Below the pieces are notes generated by a model. It was not told where the DNA came from and did not search any database. It was given only the letters and a program-made list of their open reading frames with translations. Position numbers and translations under genes: made by a program. Below are positions 62,560 to 64,000 of a stretch of 64,000 nucleotides of DNA, piece after piece. This stretch comes from Methanocellales archaeon. Its GTDB lineage: Archaea > Halobacteriota > UBA148 > JAUWXC01. Numbering within the stretch: the first letter of the stretch is position 1; each line of letters opens with the position of its first letter. The stretch lies in contig JASEEY010000005.1 in assembly GCA_030018435.1 (NCBI GenBank), positions 38 to 64,037 on the forward strand. The letters are read 5' to 3'.

Positions 62560-63939
62560 TCACCATTTGATGTAAATCTTCGTCCTTACCTCGTACCTGT
62601 TATTGTGGTTGTCTTCGATTAGAATCCTTACATCACGCTCTCCTGTCCTCGCCCTGCTTAGGTCATACTGATCGACCGGTATGTTGGAGCCGTGACAGGA
62701 GTCACACCACCCTTTGCCCATATGCTTATCATGAAGTCTATATGTCGAACTGTAATCTTTATAGCGGTGGCAAATGTAGCACTGCTCTTTTGGATTTACG
62801 TTTAGCACCTCATCCTGATCATGACATCCCACGCAAGTGATCTCATCACCGTGTTTCTCGTGAATTCGCCTGGAGTCTCCATCGTACGATTTGCCGCTGT
62901 GACAGTTATTGCATGATGTTATCGGCGTGATATCAGGCACATCTAAACCATGACACCAATAACAGAAATCACCGGATTCACCAATGTCCTTCTTGGCGTG
63001 CTTCATGTGCACATCCGAGTAAACCTTGTTAGGATCGTATCTCTCTGGCGAGCCATGACAGATGGCACAGTATTCCCCGGAAGGTTCTAGGGTAGTGCTT
63101 GCCGGAATGGCGTGACAATCGCCACACAGCGCTTTATCATCATGCTTCTTGTGCATGCTCGCATACCGGCTTGAGTAATAAGCTGGATCGTACTTGCTCC
63201 CATGACATAGTTGGCAACTGTAATCATGCGGCATGCTTGGATGACATGAGTAACAATCCGCTGTCGTCGGTGTCACGCTTGGATTTTCATGGCATAGTGC
63301 GCAGTTATCATTGTGCGTGACCATCAAGTTCGAGTTGTGGCAGTAGATACAGTCGCCCGTGGTGGATACATGCACCGCTTCTATGTCGCCATGGATCACG
63401 TGACACGCATCACAGGCAGTGTTCTTAGTTGATATGGCATTCTGAACTGTTGGATCCATACTGGCGTGACATGTCGAGCAGTTATAGCCTCTATTCTCAT
63501 GCTCTATCGTTAGGTCATTGTCATGACAACTCAGGCAATCGGGGGTTAAACTTGATTGATGTATCTCTGTCATGTTGTGCACTGCTTCATGACAATTTTC
63601 GCATGTATATACAATGGGGACCCCCGCCGGCGTCCCGTGCGAGCCGTGTGGTACATTTGCAGGGTCATGACAATCAGAACAGATAATGTTTAAGTGACAT
63701 TGATTGCAGGTCTCGTCCATTCCAAAATCTTTTTCTATATGAGGATTATGCACCTGATTCGCAGTGAGATTCGTAGGATCGGTTCCAAGTTGGAAATATC
63801 CACATGGAGTGTATACCGCAGGCCATGTATATTCTGGGGGAGACCAAGTCTGCCATACCGTTTTGGCCTTATATTCGGTATGACAATTCCAACAAACGGT
63901 GGATCGGTCTATAGGTGGCGTCGTAAAAATCGACAACAT
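62560..63939 (-). CDS. Multiheme c-type cytochrome with 18 CxxCH in 459 aa; 5' end probably frameshifted/extends past window end
   Basis: 18 CxxCH counted. No signal peptide on the annotated ATG; an alternative frame just upstream encodes a hydrophobic stretch plus CSQCH. Confidence 0.75.
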   Translation of the reverse strand: MLSIFTTPPIDRSTVCWNCHTEYKAKTVWQTWSPPEYTWPAVYTPCGYFQLGTDPTNLTANQVHNPHIEKDFGMDETCNQCHLNIICSDCHDPANVPHGSHGTPAGVPIVYTCENCHEAVHNMTEIHQSSLTPDCLSCHDNDLTIEHENRGYNCSTCHASMDPTVQNAISTKNTACDACHVIHGDIEAVHVSTTGDCIYCHNSNLMVTHNDNCALCHENPSVTPTTADCYSCHPSMPHDYSCQLCHGSKYDPAYYSSRYASMHKKHDDKALCGDCHAIPASTTLEPSGEYCAICHGSPERYDPNKVYSDVHMKHAKKDIGESGDFCYWCHGLDVPDITPITSCNNCHSGKSYDGDSRRIHEKHGDEITCVGCHDQDEVLNVNPKEQCYICHRYKDYSSTYRLHDKHMGKGWCDSCHGSNIPVDQYDLSRARTGERDVRILIEDNHNNRYEVRTKIYIKW

Positions 63940-64000
63940 GACATTGAGAACAGGTGGTGGTATCGATCGCCAACGTGGAAGGAGATAAAAAGAGCATTAT

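Noticed and set aside
1-64000. CRISPR arrays, rRNA genes, transposases/integrases
   Set aside because: No regularly spaced direct repeats, no rRNA-like conserved stretches, and no ORF with transposase or integrase motifs were found. The cytochrome island lacks detectable flanking direct repeats or an adjacent tRNA.

Overview
This 64-kb window is archaeal and almost entirely coding. It is most consistent with a euryarchaeon rich in multiheme cytochromes (Methanosarcinales/ANME-2-like or Archaeoglobi-like), but the lineage cannot be fixed from sequence alone.

Housekeeping content, left to right:
- A complete A1Ao/V-type ATP synthase operon (ahaH-I-K-E-C-F-A-B-D, minus strand, 1113-9602).
- Two tandem DUF1628-type archaeal type-IV-pilin-like genes.
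- A CBS-ParB/Srx fusion coupled to hisE, a CBS regulator, a Nog1-type GTPase and a presenilin/SPP-type intramembrane protease.
- FEN1 translationally coupled to an AEP-family primase/polymerase, then PCMT and an intron-containing tRNA-Asn.
- A large aromatic-amino-acid supercluster: aroA, aroC, aroK, chorismate mutase on plus; tyrA, aroE, aroD, aroB', aroA', trpA/B/C/G/E/F/D on minus; pheA on plus.
- A PEPC - PurC-like - RuBisCO form III - HypD gene string.
- A CaCA antiporter, aSUI1, a tRNA Val-Phe-Gly cluster, an Nre-like repair protein, SufCB, a NifB-like radical-SAM protein, Mre11-Rad50 and topoisomerase VI B/A.

The most interesting content is two c-type cytochrome modules.
- Island 1 (21395-24816) sits inside the aro operon. 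It encodes an approximately 16-heme cytochrome with a CX4CH site, a small cytochrome, a secreted thioredoxin carrying a PGF-CTERM archaeosortase signal, and a frameshifted ccdA. It is followed by two paralogous UPF0175/DUF3368 toxin-antitoxin pairs that bracket aroK and chorismate mutase.
- Island 2 (59286-64000) encodes a membrane protein, a cytochrome with dockerin-like Ca-loops and a CX4CH site, a dedicated type-I signal peptidase, a tetraheme cytochrome, and an 18-heme cytochrome that is frameshifted/truncated at the window edge.

Other notable points: the Rad50 lacks the CxxC zinc hook, and the RBS of a 63-aa gene is buried in a hairpin. No CRISPR array, rRNA or transposase was found.
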